Positions 19,652 to 29,140 of a stretch of DNA of 64,000 nt are shown piece by piece. The notes beneath the pieces were generated by a model. That model had not been told where the DNA came from and did no database searches. It saw only the letters and a program-made list of their open reading frames with translations. Position 1 is the stretch's first letter. Each line of letters starts with the position of its first letter. This stretch comes from a virus (lineage: Duplodnaviria > Caudoviricetes): positions 1 to 64,000 of IMG/VR virus record IMGVR_UViG_3300028048_000113. One strand, given 5' to 3'. Made by a program: the position numbers and the translations under genes.

Positions 19652-19951
19652 ATGGGAAGAGTAATTGAAAATAAGCCTGTAATTAACATTTGGCTTTCAA
19701 AGTATGGTTTTGAATATGACAGCAATTGTCATGTAGGAAATTGTAGAGGTTTTGAAAGATTTTATGAGTCAAGTGATAATGATGAAATCACTTGGGTTGT
19801 AATCAGCCTTGCAAGAAAGAAAGTTTATGTAAGCACAGAGTTGAAGCATTATGATGGTGTTATTTCAACAAAGGATTTTGATATTCCTTCTAATATCAAT
19901 CCTAATATTGAAGCAGAATTCATTCCTTGGCTTGACTCAGTTGTAGGATAA
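19652..19951 (+). CDS. Hypothetical protein
   Basis: AAGGAGG RBS, 99 aa. Confidence 0.55.
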   Translation: MGRVIENKPVINIWLSKYGFEYDSNCHVGNCRGFERFYESSDNDEITWVVISLARKKVYVSTELKHYDGVISTKDFDIPSNINPNIEAEFIPWLDSVVG

Positions 19952-20006
19952 GAAGTTATCTGAGGCTAGCCTAAAAACTAGCCTCAGTTTTATAAAGGTT
20001 ATAAAT

Positions 20007-20216
20007 ATGAATAAATTAATCTTAAATGGAAATTTTTATATTGACACAGATGCAACTATAGTTGATGATCCTGATGAAGACATGATTGCAATTGTTGAAG
20101 AAATTGAATCACTTATTGCCTCTAAATTTGATACTAAGCTTAATGTTAAGTTTGTTACTCATGAGGCAGAACTTATAGATGAACAAGAAAATACACTTGG
20201 CATTTATGAGACATAA
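20007..20216 (+). CDS. Hypothetical acidic protein
   Basis: 69 aa ORF in operon. Confidence 0.5.
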   Translation: MNKLILNGNFYIDTDATIVDDPDEDMIAIVEEIESLIASKFDTKLNVKFVTHEAELIDEQENTLGIYET

Positions 20217-20231
20217 TGAGGTATTATTATT

Positions 20232-20474
20232 ATGATTAAGCCTTGTCCTTTTTGTGGTAAAACAGTAAAGATTCAGCTCACTGATGCAGAAGGTAATTTT
20301 AGAGATGGAACATATCTAAAAAATCCTTGGAGTGGTGTAGGTTATGTTATTACACATAATGTAGAAGATTGTCTTATTGCAACTGAAGATGATGGCTATG
20401 ACACAGTTGGAAATGATGTCTATGCCTCTAGAGAAGATGCAATTGAAGCATGGAATGATAGATATGAAGAATAA
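20232..20474 (+). CDS. Lar-family restriction-alleviation-like zinc-ribbon protein
   Basis: MIKPCPFCG ... DAIEAWNDR pattern. Confidence 0.55.
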   Translation: MIKPCPFCGKTVKIQLTDAEGNFRDGTYLKNPWSGVGYVITHNVEDCLIATEDDGYDTVGNDVYASREDAIEAWNDRYEE

Positions 20475-20703
20475 TTTTATTTGCTTATTGTCTTTAATCT
20501 TAATTACTACTTTAGTTTCTATCTATAGTATGTCATTAAAAGAAACAGAACATAAAGGTGAATATTTTTATTATAAAGATACAGAAATTTATTGTAAAAA
20601 TCTTGAACCAGGAATACAGTATAGTATCACTACAAATATAGATACAAACACTTTATATTTTGGTATAGATTCTAATGGAGGAAAAATAATATATGATAAT
20701 TAA
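20464..20703 (+). CDS. Small secreted/membrane protein
   Basis: ATG 20464 gives a hydrophobic N-terminus. Confidence 0.45.
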   Translation: MKNNFICLLSLILITTLVSIYSMSLKETEHKGEYFYYKDTEIYCKNLEPGIQYSITTNIDTNTLYFGIDSNGGKIIYDN

Positions 20704-21016
20704 CACAGATGATGTTTTGAATTGGTTTGTTGATAAGACAAAGGATATTCCTGGTAAAGTAATTGATGGTGCTGAAAAGGCATATACCATCACAGAAGGA
20801 AAGCTTCGTGCAATTAAGAATGAATATCTTGATAAGGAAACAAAAATAAAGAATTTAGATGCTGCTCTTGATAAGGCTTGTTCTTATATTTGTGAGCATG
20901 GTTGTCCTTGCTATACTCCTTGTGAAGATATGATACAAAATAATAAGAATTGCAAGGATTGTCTCAAGGAAAGATTTATTAATGAGACAAAGAAAAATGA
21001 GGAAGAAAAATCATGA
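20693..21016 (+). CDS. Hypothetical Cys-rich protein
   Basis: GGAGG RBS; C-terminal Cys cluster. Confidence 0.55.
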   Translation: MIINTDDVLNWFVDKTKDIPGKVIDGAEKAYTITEGKLRAIKNEYLDKETKIKNLDAALDKACSYICEHGCPCYTPCEDMIQNNKNCKDCLKERFINETKKNEEEKS

Positions 21017-21552
21017 TACCAATTACAGTTGCTATTTTAGGTATAGTACTGACTATTATAGCTATTGTTGGACTTATTAGCGGTATCTCTAATTACCTGA
21101 ATGGATACGATTTCAGTGGAGTTGCAAAAAGTGTTTTATTAATCCTTGTAGCAATTCCAATGGTATATCTTGGTTTTAATTATAAAAGTCTTAAGCAAAG
21201 TTTAAATAAATCTTATGCAGAACCTCCAGATATGCCAATTGTTGAGTCAAGTACTGTACCAACAGGAATAGAGTGCACGACAAGAGAAACTACAGAAGCT
21301 ACAACAACTACAACAGTTGAAACTACAATTGAAACAACAGTTCCAACTACAATAGAAACTACTATATCACAACAAGAACTATCTGTTAAGGAACTTAAGA
21401 AGGCTTGGGATGCAGCAGACAAGGCAGAATATAAATTCTATTATGTACATAATGGCAAGAAAGATAGAATTCAAGCTAAATATTATGATTGTACAAAATA
21501 TAAGGTAGAATTTGACCACGAATCCCAGGTAGTTTATATTTCAGATAAGTAA
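21013..21552 (+). CDS. Membrane protein with Thr/Glu-rich linker
   Basis: Two TM segments, TTE-rich stretch. Confidence 0.55.
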   Translation: MIPITVAILGIVLTIIAIVGLISGISNYLNGYDFSGVAKSVLLILVAIPMVYLGFNYKSLKQSLNKSYAEPPDMPIVESSTVPTGIECTTRETTEATTTTTVETTIETTVPTTIETTISQQELSVKELKKAWDAADKAEYKFYYVHNGKKDRIQAKYYDCTKYKVEFDHESQVVYISDK

Positions 21553-21677
21553 TTACTTCTTTATATAACTTATATACTTGAAAAAGATGCTTTCTATTTT
21601 TATAGGGAGCATCTTTTTTGTTTACAAATTGTTCTGTATATGATAATATAGATATATAAAACCAAAGGAGAAACATT

Positions 21678-21740
21678 ATGATTTATGCTATCATGATAGT
21701 TTGCTTTTTCTTCATAGCAATTGGTAGTATTGTTAAGTAA
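21678..21740 (+). CDS. 20-aa hydrophobic micropeptide
   Basis: Promoter TTTACA-N17-TAATAT at 21621-21649, AAAGGAG RBS, MIYAIMIVCFFFIAIGSIVK*. Confidence 0.55.
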   Translation: MIYAIMIVCFFFIAIGSIVK

Positions 21741-21750
21741 AGGAAATCTT

Positions 21751-22104
21751 ATGAGAATTGAACAGTTTGTAATTGATTATTTTAGAACTAATGAAACTTT
21801 TGGTGTCAAAGAAGGTCACATTTATGATATTTCTAAAGGCACTTTAGATGAGATTGAGCCTAAAGATTTTATTGATCTTTGTATAAAGGATATTGAAGAA
21901 AAATTAGGAACAATAACTGAATCTGATAAGAAGCTTATAGCTGCATTTGTAATTCATTCAGTAGCTTCATGTACTATTTTTAAAGGTTTAATTTATGAAA
22001 ATATTGTTGAAATGTCAGATGAAGATATTTTGTTTAGTTGGGATTGTATGAAGCCTATGTTTCTTTCAAGACAGTTTCAGAAGGCAATGAAGGATTTTAT
22101 TTAA
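21751..22104 (+). CDS. Hypothetical protein
   Basis: AAGGA RBS favours ATG 21751. Confidence 0.55.
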   Translation: MRIEQFVIDYFRTNETFGVKEGHIYDISKGTLDEIEPKDFIDLCIKDIEEKLGTITESDKKLIAAFVIHSVASCTIFKGLIYENIVEMSDEDILFSWDCMKPMFLSRQFQKAMKDFI

Positions 22105-22115
22105 GGAGAAAATAA

Positions 22116-22361
22116 ATGACACAGGCAGAATATAGAGAAGTAAAAAGTGCAGAATCTGAAAAGTGGTTAGCTTGTATAAATTTCATAACAGCTTCTATTT
22201 TTATTATACAAATTATTGTTAAGATTATAGAACAAAAGTCTATAATAGCTTCTGTTATATGTGCATTTTGCTGGTTAATTGGTGGAATTATTAGAATTGT
22301 AAATTATAAACATAAGACAGATATTATAAAAATATTTTATATAAAGGAAGGAAGATCATGA
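22116..22361 (+). CDS. Small membrane protein
   Basis: AAGGAG RBS; two TM segments. Confidence 0.55.
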   Translation: MTQAEYREVKSAESEKWLACINFITASIFIIQIIVKIIEQKSIIASVICAFCWLIGGIIRIVNYKHKTDIIKIFYIKEGRS

Positions 22362-22681
22362 CATTTAATGAACTTAAAAAGTATTGTGAAGATCATGCTG
22401 GTGAAATAGACAGTATTTATGTCACAACAGCACCTGTAAAGGTAATTGGTGGTGGACCTGCTATTGGAGAAGTTGAATATGTTGATGGCTCAAAGGATAA
22501 GTTTACATCAAACATTCCTGATGTACTTCCTGAGGATAGTGAACTTCAGATTGGAGCAGATGATTTCCTTGGTGGAAATCAGCTTAGAGTATTTGATGGT
22601 TTGAATATTCTTACTATTGAAGTTGAGGATCCTGATGCTGAGTTTGCATATGACTTACTTGAAACTTTCCTGAATGGTTAA
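22358..22681 (+). CDS. Hypothetical acidic protein
   Basis: 107 aa, ATGA overlap with previous gene. Confidence 0.55.
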   Translation: MTFNELKKYCEDHAGEIDSIYVTTAPVKVIGGGPAIGEVEYVDGSKDKFTSNIPDVLPEDSELQIGADDFLGGNQLRVFDGLNILTIEVEDPDAEFAYDLLETFLNG

Positions 22682-22798
22682 ATAATTAAGAGCCTGTACC
22701 TAAAAAGTGCAGGTTTTATTTTGCCTATCTTTAGTTGCTTGTTTACCAGAATTAAGATAAATGATATAATTATAATATAATAATTAAAGGAGAATAAC

Positions 22799-23803
22799 AT
22801 GGCAAATTTTACTTGTATTAAAAATGCTGATAAAAATCCTGCAGTTGATGTTGATACAGAATTTATCTTTTCAGATGGTACAACAACTGTAACTCTTGTA
22901 CCTGATGATGTATTGAAAGATCTTGCTTATACAATAAAAGAAAATTTTAGATATGGTAATGTTATTAAGAATTTAACAAAGGATAATCAGGCAAAGGTTA
23001 TTGTTCTTTTGGCTACATGGACAATTGATGATATTTGTAAAATTCTTGATTGTCTTCCTAAGAAAGCTAATGGAAAAGTAAGAAGTACTGCAATTCCTAT
23101 TCTTATTACAGGTATTAAGATACTTGAAGGTGCTGGAGAGCCTTATGCTCATCTTAATTCAATTGATTTAGCAGTAATGCCTACTTATGGACCTGATCCT
23201 GATTCAACAGCTACTTTTACAAAGAAGAAAATTCTTAATCAGTTTCATATTGGAATTAATTCAGAAAGAGCATATAATATAGATGCAAATCCTATTATAG
23301 CTGATGATGGTAAGCTTCATGTTCTTTCTGCAGAAAAGCCTAAGGCAATTGCTACTCTTGTTCCTGGAACAATCTATAAGGATATTAAGGGTAGAGAATT
23401 TCTCTATATTGGTTCTGGTAAGATTGATACAGGAGTTTTGCATTATATAAAAGTTTATGAAACTAAGTTATCAAAGTGTACTTATCATGAAAAGAACTAT
23501 GTAGATAATCTTTACATTCAGGTAACAAAAGGTATTAAAGACAAGCTAGAGAAGGCAACATCTTTTGAAGAGTTTATAGTAGACTATATTGATACAAAGT
23601 CTAAAAAGATTCTGGAGCACTCTATGAGTGTTAGTACAGATGAACTTTTCTATACTAGTAAGAGTATTAAGTTTATTGAAGAAGTTGAAACAAGATTTGA
23701 GGCAAAGGATATTCCAAATACCTATACTATAAAAGTTGATGCTGTAGAAATTCCTAAGCCTGGTGACACAAAAGATATAGAATTAACAGTAAACATTAAA
23801 TAA
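22799..23803 (+). CDS. Hypothetical protein
   Basis: 334 aa; own promoter TTTACC-N17-TATAAT at 22742-22770; AAAGGAG RBS. Confidence 0.65.
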   Translation: MANFTCIKNADKNPAVDVDTEFIFSDGTTTVTLVPDDVLKDLAYTIKENFRYGNVIKNLTKDNQAKVIVLLATWTIDDICKILDCLPKKANGKVRSTAIPILITGIKILEGAGEPYAHLNSIDLAVMPTYGPDPDSTATFTKKKILNQFHIGINSERAYNIDANPIIADDGKLHVLSAEKPKAIATLVPGTIYKDIKGREFLYIGSGKIDTGVLHYIKVYETKLSKCTYHEKNYVDNLYIQVTKGIKDKLEKATSFEEFIVDYIDTKSKKILEHSMSVSTDELFYTSKSIKFIEEVETRFEAKDIPNTYTIKVDAVEIPKPGDTKDIELTVNIK

Positions 23804-23865
23804 AATATTTACAAAGTCCTTAGTTTTGGTATATAATAAATCATATTAAAACTAAGGATTTTTTT

Positions 23866-24405
23866 ATGAGCAAATTTTTTAAACATCTCAATAAGATTTT
23901 AACTCACAAAAGATGGGTTGCATATTATTGTTTTATGTGTGGACTTTATAGACAAGGTATCATGCATGACATGTCTAAGTTTAGTCCTACAGAATTTTGG
24001 GAATCTGTAAAGTATTATCAGGGAACAAGATCTCCTATTGATGCTTGTAAGGAAGATAAAGGTTACTCTATGGCATGGTTTCATCATAGAGGAAGAAATA
24101 AGCATCATTGGGAATTTTGGATGGATGATTTTGAAAAGGGTAGTATTCCTAAGAAGATGCCTTTTAAGTATGCTCTTGAAATGATTTGTGATTATCTTGG
24201 TGCTGGTAGAGCTTATGCTGGCAAAGGTTTTACAATGGAAACTGAATATAATTGGTGGTTAAAGAAGAAGACTACAGCAAAGATGCATGCTGATACATTT
24301 GCATTTGCTTGTGAAATTATGGACCACATGAAGGAAATTGGAATTGAGAAGACCTTAAAAGATAAAGCTTATATTAAGTACTTACAGGAAAAGTATGAGG
24401 GCTAA
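23866..24405 (+). CDS. DUF5662-family (HD-like) protein
   Basis: HDMSKFSPTEF, WFHHRGRNKHHWEFW, EMICD motifs. Confidence 0.7.
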   Translation: MSKFFKHLNKILTHKRWVAYYCFMCGLYRQGIMHDMSKFSPTEFWESVKYYQGTRSPIDACKEDKGYSMAWFHHRGRNKHHWEFWMDDFEKGSIPKKMPFKYALEMICDYLGAGRAYAGKGFTMETEYNWWLKKKTTAKMHADTFAFACEIMDHMKEIGIEKTLKDKAYIKYLQEKYEG

Positions 24406-24408
24406 AAT

Positions 24409-24951
24409 ATGGGAATGGTAGAAAAAATTAAAAAGATTAAAGCAGTATTTCTTGATGTAGACAATACTGCACTTTATCTTAAGATGTATGACTATAATGG
24501 TCTTAATGATAAAGAGAGAGGTGAACGTGTAGTAGGCATTCTTGATGATAAAGAATGGATGGCCTATAATATTAACAATAATGCATATCAATATTGTGAA
24601 GCACCTCTTCAGTTAGTTAACTTAGTTGACTTCTTAAGAAAAAGAGGTGTAAAAGTCTATGGATTGACTGAATGCACTAATTCATTTGAGTATAATTCAA
24701 AATATAATAGACTTAAGGAATGTTATCCAGGAAGTTTTGAACATCATGGTGATTTAATTTCAGTTCATACTAGACATAACAAGATAGCTGTAATGAAAAT
24801 CTTGGCTCAGAGAGATGGTTATGATCTTGATGAAATTTTATTCATTGATGATAGTTATCCTGAAGTAATGGAAGCTTATGAAGCAGGAATGCTTTCTATG
24901 CATACAATGGAAGCAATGATTAGATTTGAAAATATGGAAGATTATTTATAA
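24409..24951 (+). CDS. HAD-superfamily hydrolase
   Basis: VFLDVDNT motif I, LFIDD motif IV. Confidence 0.65.
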   Translation: MGMVEKIKKIKAVFLDVDNTALYLKMYDYNGLNDKERGERVVGILDDKEWMAYNINNNAYQYCEAPLQLVNLVDFLRKRGVKVYGLTECTNSFEYNSKYNRLKECYPGSFEHHGDLISVHTRHNKIAVMKILAQRDGYDLDEILFIDDSYPEVMEAYEAGMLSMHTMEAMIRFENMEDYL

Positions 24952-24963
24952 AGAGGAATAAAT

Positions 24964-25173
24964 ATGGCTTATTGGATTAGAAGAACCAAAATAGAAAAGA
25001 ATCAAAGATTTGAAACTCACTATTGTTCAGAATGTGGTTTTGAAGGATCTTATGATTATGAAACAGGAATTGGAGTAGAGGATTTTTCTTTTTGTCCTAA
25101 CTGTGGTGAAGCCATTGAAGGTCATAAAGCAAATAGTCTTCCTACTATCTATACAGAAATGGAGCTTAGATAA
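24964..25173 (+). CDS. Zinc-ribbon protein
   Basis: CSECG ... FCPNCG. Confidence 0.6.
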   Translation: MAYWIRRTKIEKNQRFETHYCSECGFEGSYDYETGIGVEDFSFCPNCGEAIEGHKANSLPTIYTEMELR

Positions 25174-25778
25174 TGGATTATGATATTATTAAAGGCATTG
25201 AAGATTTAGCAAAAGCCGAACAGGCTGTTAAAGATTATCAGAAAGCTGTCAATGAGTATTTTAAACTTACATTAAAAGAACTTATTTCATTTTTAGAAGC
25301 AAAAAAGCATCAAGATAATTTTGCTTTTGTTTATTATAATAAAATCTTCAGACTTAAAAAGTCTGTATGGTCTAGAAATCCTATAGGAGATGACTTAAAG
25401 TATAAATACTTAGATACTATGGAAATTTCAGACATAAAATTTTATAAGAAATCTGTTAGCTTAGAAATAAAATATGAGGCTAAAGTTAATGATAAGGAAA
25501 TAACACAAACAGGTTATATCTTTCTTCCTTATGATCATATTGATGATTTTTCTCTTATAAGATTTTGTAATGTATATGAAGCTGAAAAAGCATATCAGGT
25601 TGGTCTTAAAAGAAAAATTAATAAAGAAAATGAAGAAAAAGAAAAACAGGCTATTATAGACAAATATAAGAAAACTGTAAAAGAATATGAAGCAATGAAG
25701 AGAAATCTTGATTATTTAGAAAAGTTAGCTAAAGAAATGGGTTATAATCCTGAAGAGGAAAAGGAGGCTGAAAAATGA
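25173..25778 (+). CDS. Hypothetical protein
   Basis: 201 aa, overlapping start/stop with neighbours. Confidence 0.55.
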   Translation: MDYDIIKGIEDLAKAEQAVKDYQKAVNEYFKLTLKELISFLEAKKHQDNFAFVYYNKIFRLKKSVWSRNPIGDDLKYKYLDTMEISDIKFYKKSVSLEIKYEAKVNDKEITQTGYIFLPYDHIDDFSLIRFCNVYEAEKAYQVGLKRKINKENEEKEKQAIIDKYKKTVKEYEAMKRNLDYLEKLAKEMGYNPEEEKEAEK

Positions 25779-26314
25779 AGATTCTTGTATGTGTAACAGG
25801 TGGTATTGCTGCATATAAGGTTCCTGATCTTGTAAATGAATATTATAAGAGAGGAGACACTGTTAAAGTAATGATGACAGATAATGCTTGTAAGTTTGTC
25901 ACACCTCTTACTTTTCAGACTATGTCAAAGCAGTCAGTTATTACTGATACTTTTAATGAAGAAGATTCTGAAAAGATCAATCATATTTATTATGCACAGG
26001 AATATGATGCTATTATTGTAGCTCCTGCAACAGCAAATACAGTTGCAAAGATTGCACATGGAATTGCTGATAATGTAGTTACCTCAACCATTATTGCAGC
26101 AAATATTCCTGTTTTTGTTGTACCTTCTATGAATTCAGTAATGTATAATGATGAAGCATTTCAGGCAAATCTTGATATTCTTAAGAATAGATCTAAGTTT
26201 AAGATTATCTATCCTGATGAAGGACTTCTTGCTTGTGGTGTTACTGGTCCTGGTAAGTTTCCTCAGATTGATAGAATTATGGAAGAAGTAGATGCTTCTA
26301 TGGAGGGATTGTAA
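25775..26314 (+). CDS. coaC: Phosphopantothenoylcysteine decarboxylase (HFCD flavoprotein)
   Basis: VTGGIAAYK, FVTPLTF, HI, APATANTVAKIAHGIADN, PSMN, LACG...G.GK. Confidence 0.9.
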   Translation: MKILVCVTGGIAAYKVPDLVNEYYKRGDTVKVMMTDNACKFVTPLTFQTMSKQSVITDTFNEEDSEKINHIYYAQEYDAIIVAPATANTVAKIAHGIADNVVTSTIIAANIPVFVVPSMNSVMYNDEAFQANLDILKNRSKFKIIYPDEGLLACGVTGPGKFPQIDRIMEEVDASMEGL

Positions 26315-26315
26315 T

Positions 26316-26705
26316 ATGGATGATGGTTGCTCTGTTCCTGTAATGATTATAGTAATTATTGCTGCCCTTATATTTTTAGTTATGTGTTCAAGCAATACTA
26401 ATGCAAAAGCTGATTATGTAAGTGACTATAATAATGGTATTTGTCAGGACTGTGGAGGTACTTTAATTTATCAGCAAGCAATTGGACATAAAGACTCTAC
26501 AGCTTATATATTTCAGTGTGATAAATGTAATATAATAGAAATTGATTCATCTGATGTAAAGGATAAGGTTATCTATTTTACTAATGGAGAAACTAGACCT
26601 GCTACTACATATGCAACTGAAGAAGAATTTTCTGATGAATATAAGCAAAAGCATCAAGATAATAATTATGATGTTTGCAATGGTTCATTTGATTATGAGG
26701 GTTAA
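26316..26705 (+). CDS. TM-anchored zinc-ribbon protein
   Basis: TM then NNGICQDC...QAIGH...YIFQCDKC; paralog of 51803-52099. Confidence 0.55.
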   Translation: MDDGCSVPVMIIVIIAALIFLVMCSSNTNAKADYVSDYNNGICQDCGGTLIYQQAIGHKDSTAYIFQCDKCNIIEIDSSDVKDKVIYFTNGETRPATTYATEEEFSDEYKQKHQDNNYDVCNGSFDYEG

Positions 26706-26708
26706 AAT

Positions 26709-27782
26709 ATGAATATTTTATTTGTAGCTGGAACATGGAATAAGGAAGGTGGAAAACCTTCAGGACTTATTGAAAAAATGTATAATAGTCTTTTGTCTAA
26801 AATGAAGACAGAGGACCATATTGATTATTTTAATGGTGGTAATTATGATAATTTAGAGTCAATTATCAATACTGCTACTAATTATGATGTAATTTTTTGG
26901 ATGGCCAATGTTCCTAATGATCTTCCTAAAGTTAGAGATGTAAAGAAAGCCAATCCTTATGCTATTCTTATTGGCTCAAAAAGAAACATTGATAATGAAT
27001 ATTCTTTTGTTGATGTACTCAACAGAACACTTTTGCAGAGACATAATCTTAGTATCATGTTTTCTAAATCAAATTCTGAAAAGGAATATACAATGACTCT
27101 GTTTGATCCTCTTGGAACTGCTTGGTATGAGGGTAAGAGTACAGATGAATTAATGACTGCTCTTGTCAAAAGAGTAAGATTCTTGCTCACTACAACAAGA
27201 AAAAGAACATATCAGGTACCTGGAGATGTACTTATTCCTAACAATGAAGAGTTTATTAAATATGTTAGAGAAGTTGCTGAAATCTTTCATGAAACAATTC
27301 AACACTCAGATGGTGTTACAAGATTTTTAGGTAATTCTTCATTTAGAGGTGAAGGTAATATTATTTATGTATCTGAAAGAGATGTAGATAAGTCAACAAT
27401 TGACATTGACCATTTTGTTGCTGCATTTACTGAGGATAATACAACATATTATTATGGAGATAAGAAGCCTTCAAAGGACACAATTGTTCAGACATATCTT
27501 TATAAAGCATTTCCTAATATCAACTATATTGTACATTCTCATTGTTATACAGAAGGTGGAGCTTGGACAATGACACCTGTTCCTTGTGGCTCACTTGATG
27601 AGTTGACTGAGATTACTTATGCAATGAAAGACTATAATGATGATTATAGTGGTACATATTATAAGTTTAATCTTAAGGGTCATGGATGCTTGATTCTTGG
27701 TTCTACTCTTGAGGAAATGAAGCAAACTAAATATATTACTAGAGAATTGCCTGAAAGAATTTATTTACAAGAAAATATCTAA
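26709..27782 (+). CDS. CoaB-like N-terminal domain fused to class II aldolase/adducin domain
   Basis: C-terminal LGNSSFR, IVHSHC and GHG Zn ligands; N-terminal DVIFWMANV...PKV..VKKANP..ILIGSK aligns by eye with coaB at 29744. Confidence 0.6.
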   Translation: MNILFVAGTWNKEGGKPSGLIEKMYNSLLSKMKTEDHIDYFNGGNYDNLESIINTATNYDVIFWMANVPNDLPKVRDVKKANPYAILIGSKRNIDNEYSFVDVLNRTLLQRHNLSIMFSKSNSEKEYTMTLFDPLGTAWYEGKSTDELMTALVKRVRFLLTTTRKRTYQVPGDVLIPNNEEFIKYVREVAEIFHETIQHSDGVTRFLGNSSFRGEGNIIYVSERDVDKSTIDIDHFVAAFTEDNTTYYYGDKKPSKDTIVQTYLYKAFPNINYIVHSHCYTEGGAWTMTPVPCGSLDELTEITYAMKDYNDDYSGTYYKFNLKGHGCLILGSTLEEMKQTKYITRELPERIYLQENI

Positions 27783-27816
27783 TAGTGTATAATAGTAATA
27801 TAGAGGTATAGCAAAC

Positions 27817-28272
27817 ATGATTGATGGAGAAATTAAAAGAGCTTTTGATTATCTGATGGATTCAGCTTGTGCTACATGCAAGTATATTCCTAAGAGTGAA
27901 GAATGCAAGAAAGTAAAAAGTAGTTGTGGTAATTATAATGCCTTGGCTGCAATTGCAAAAGCTGTATCTGAAAGAGATGGCTATAAGGAAAAAGCAGAAA
28001 TACTTGAAAAAGATCTTGATACCCTTATGGCCTCAGAAAATTTCTTTAACCATCTTGAAAATGTTGACACTGAACTCTATTGGAGAAAATACAAATCAGA
28101 GTGGCCTAAGAAGAATGGTGAAAAAGTATTTGTAGTTTCTAAAAATGGCACAATAGGTGATGGTATTTATTGTGACAAAACAGTTACTAGATATATTAAG
28201 ACTATGATTTGTGATGAAGATGACATTGAGGCATGGATGCCAATGCCTAAATATAAACAGGAGAATAACTAA
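27817..28272 (+). CDS. Hypothetical protein (DUF551-like C-terminus)
   Basis: WRKY..EWP...V.V...G...AWMPMP; promoter at 27764-27793. Confidence 0.5.
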   Translation: MIDGEIKRAFDYLMDSACATCKYIPKSEECKKVKSSCGNYNALAAIAKAVSERDGYKEKAEILEKDLDTLMASENFFNHLENVDTELYWRKYKSEWPKKNGEKVFVVSKNGTIGDGIYCDKTVTRYIKTMICDEDDIEAWMPMPKYKQENN

Positions 28273-28274
28273 AC

Positions 28275-28709
28275 ATGAAGTATGAATTTGAAGTTGATGG
28301 TAAGAAGTTTAATGTAATTTTTGACATTGATGAACTTCTTAAGGATTTTAGTAAGAGTGACTTTATCACTTTTTATGAGCCTGAGTCATTTGTTAAGTAT
28401 GGAAATATTCCTGAATATGGTGATCCATATATGACAGAAACAGAATATCTGATTGCAATCAATGATTATGTTGAGAGTATTAAGGCTCTTGATAATAAAG
28501 ATAAGCTCAAGTCAATGGTTGAAAAGTGGCCTAAGAAGAAGAATGGTTATCTTAATGGTAGAAATGTTGACTATCTCTGTGAATCAGATGTATGTGAATA
28601 TATTTGTGAATGGCACAATACCTGGATTTATGATACAGTAAAGGCTGTTGCAAGGGATGAAAAGACCATTGAGATTATTAGCTATAAGAAGACAGACACA
28701 CCTGGTTAA
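28275..28709 (+). CDS. Hypothetical protein
   Basis: AGGAG RBS, 144 aa. Confidence 0.55.
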   Translation: MKYEFEVDGKKFNVIFDIDELLKDFSKSDFITFYEPESFVKYGNIPEYGDPYMTETEYLIAINDYVESIKALDNKDKLKSMVEKWPKKKNGYLNGRNVDYLCESDVCEYICEWHNTWIYDTVKAVARDEKTIEIISYKKTDTPG

Positions 28710-28720
28710 GGAGAAATGGT

Positions 28721-29140
28721 ATGGGAGTATCAGTATATGCTAATCATTCAACTTTAAGTTTTGATATGGGTGGTGGAGGCTTTTTCAATATTAGAAAAAA
28801 TATTGCTTATGCCCTCAATGAAGACTTAGGTGAAGTTTATGAATCTCTTCTTAGATGTCATTATAAGGCAGATTTTGAAGAGCATGATAGAAAAGCAAAT
28901 AAGATTATAGCTGATAATAATCTTGAGGAGTATGCAGATGTCTTAGATTTTCTTTATGCATCTGATATTGAAGGTAAGATTTCTCATAAGACTTGTAAAA
29001 GAATTTATGATCTTATTAAAGATATAGATTTTGGAGATAAGTGTTTTAGATATGCTGCTCAAGCTCATAATGACTATGAGGAATTTAAGCAGTTCTTACT
29101 AGAATGTTATTCACATCATAGAAAAATGAGGTGGTCATAA
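28721..29140 (+). CDS. Hypothetical protein
   Basis: AAGGAG RBS, 139 aa. Confidence 0.55.
   Translation: MGVSVYANHSTLSFDMGGGGFFNIRKNIAYALNEDLGEVYESLLRCHYKADFEEHDRKANKIIADNNLEEYADVLDFLYASDIEGKISHKTCKRIYDLIKDIDFGDKCFRYAAQAHNDYEEFKQFLLECYSHHRKMRWS

Noticed and set aside
25775-26314. EpiD-like lantibiotic decarboxylase instead of CoaC
   Set aside because: No RiPP genes nearby, while coaB and coaD are present; the LACG..G.GK substrate clamp is CoaC-like
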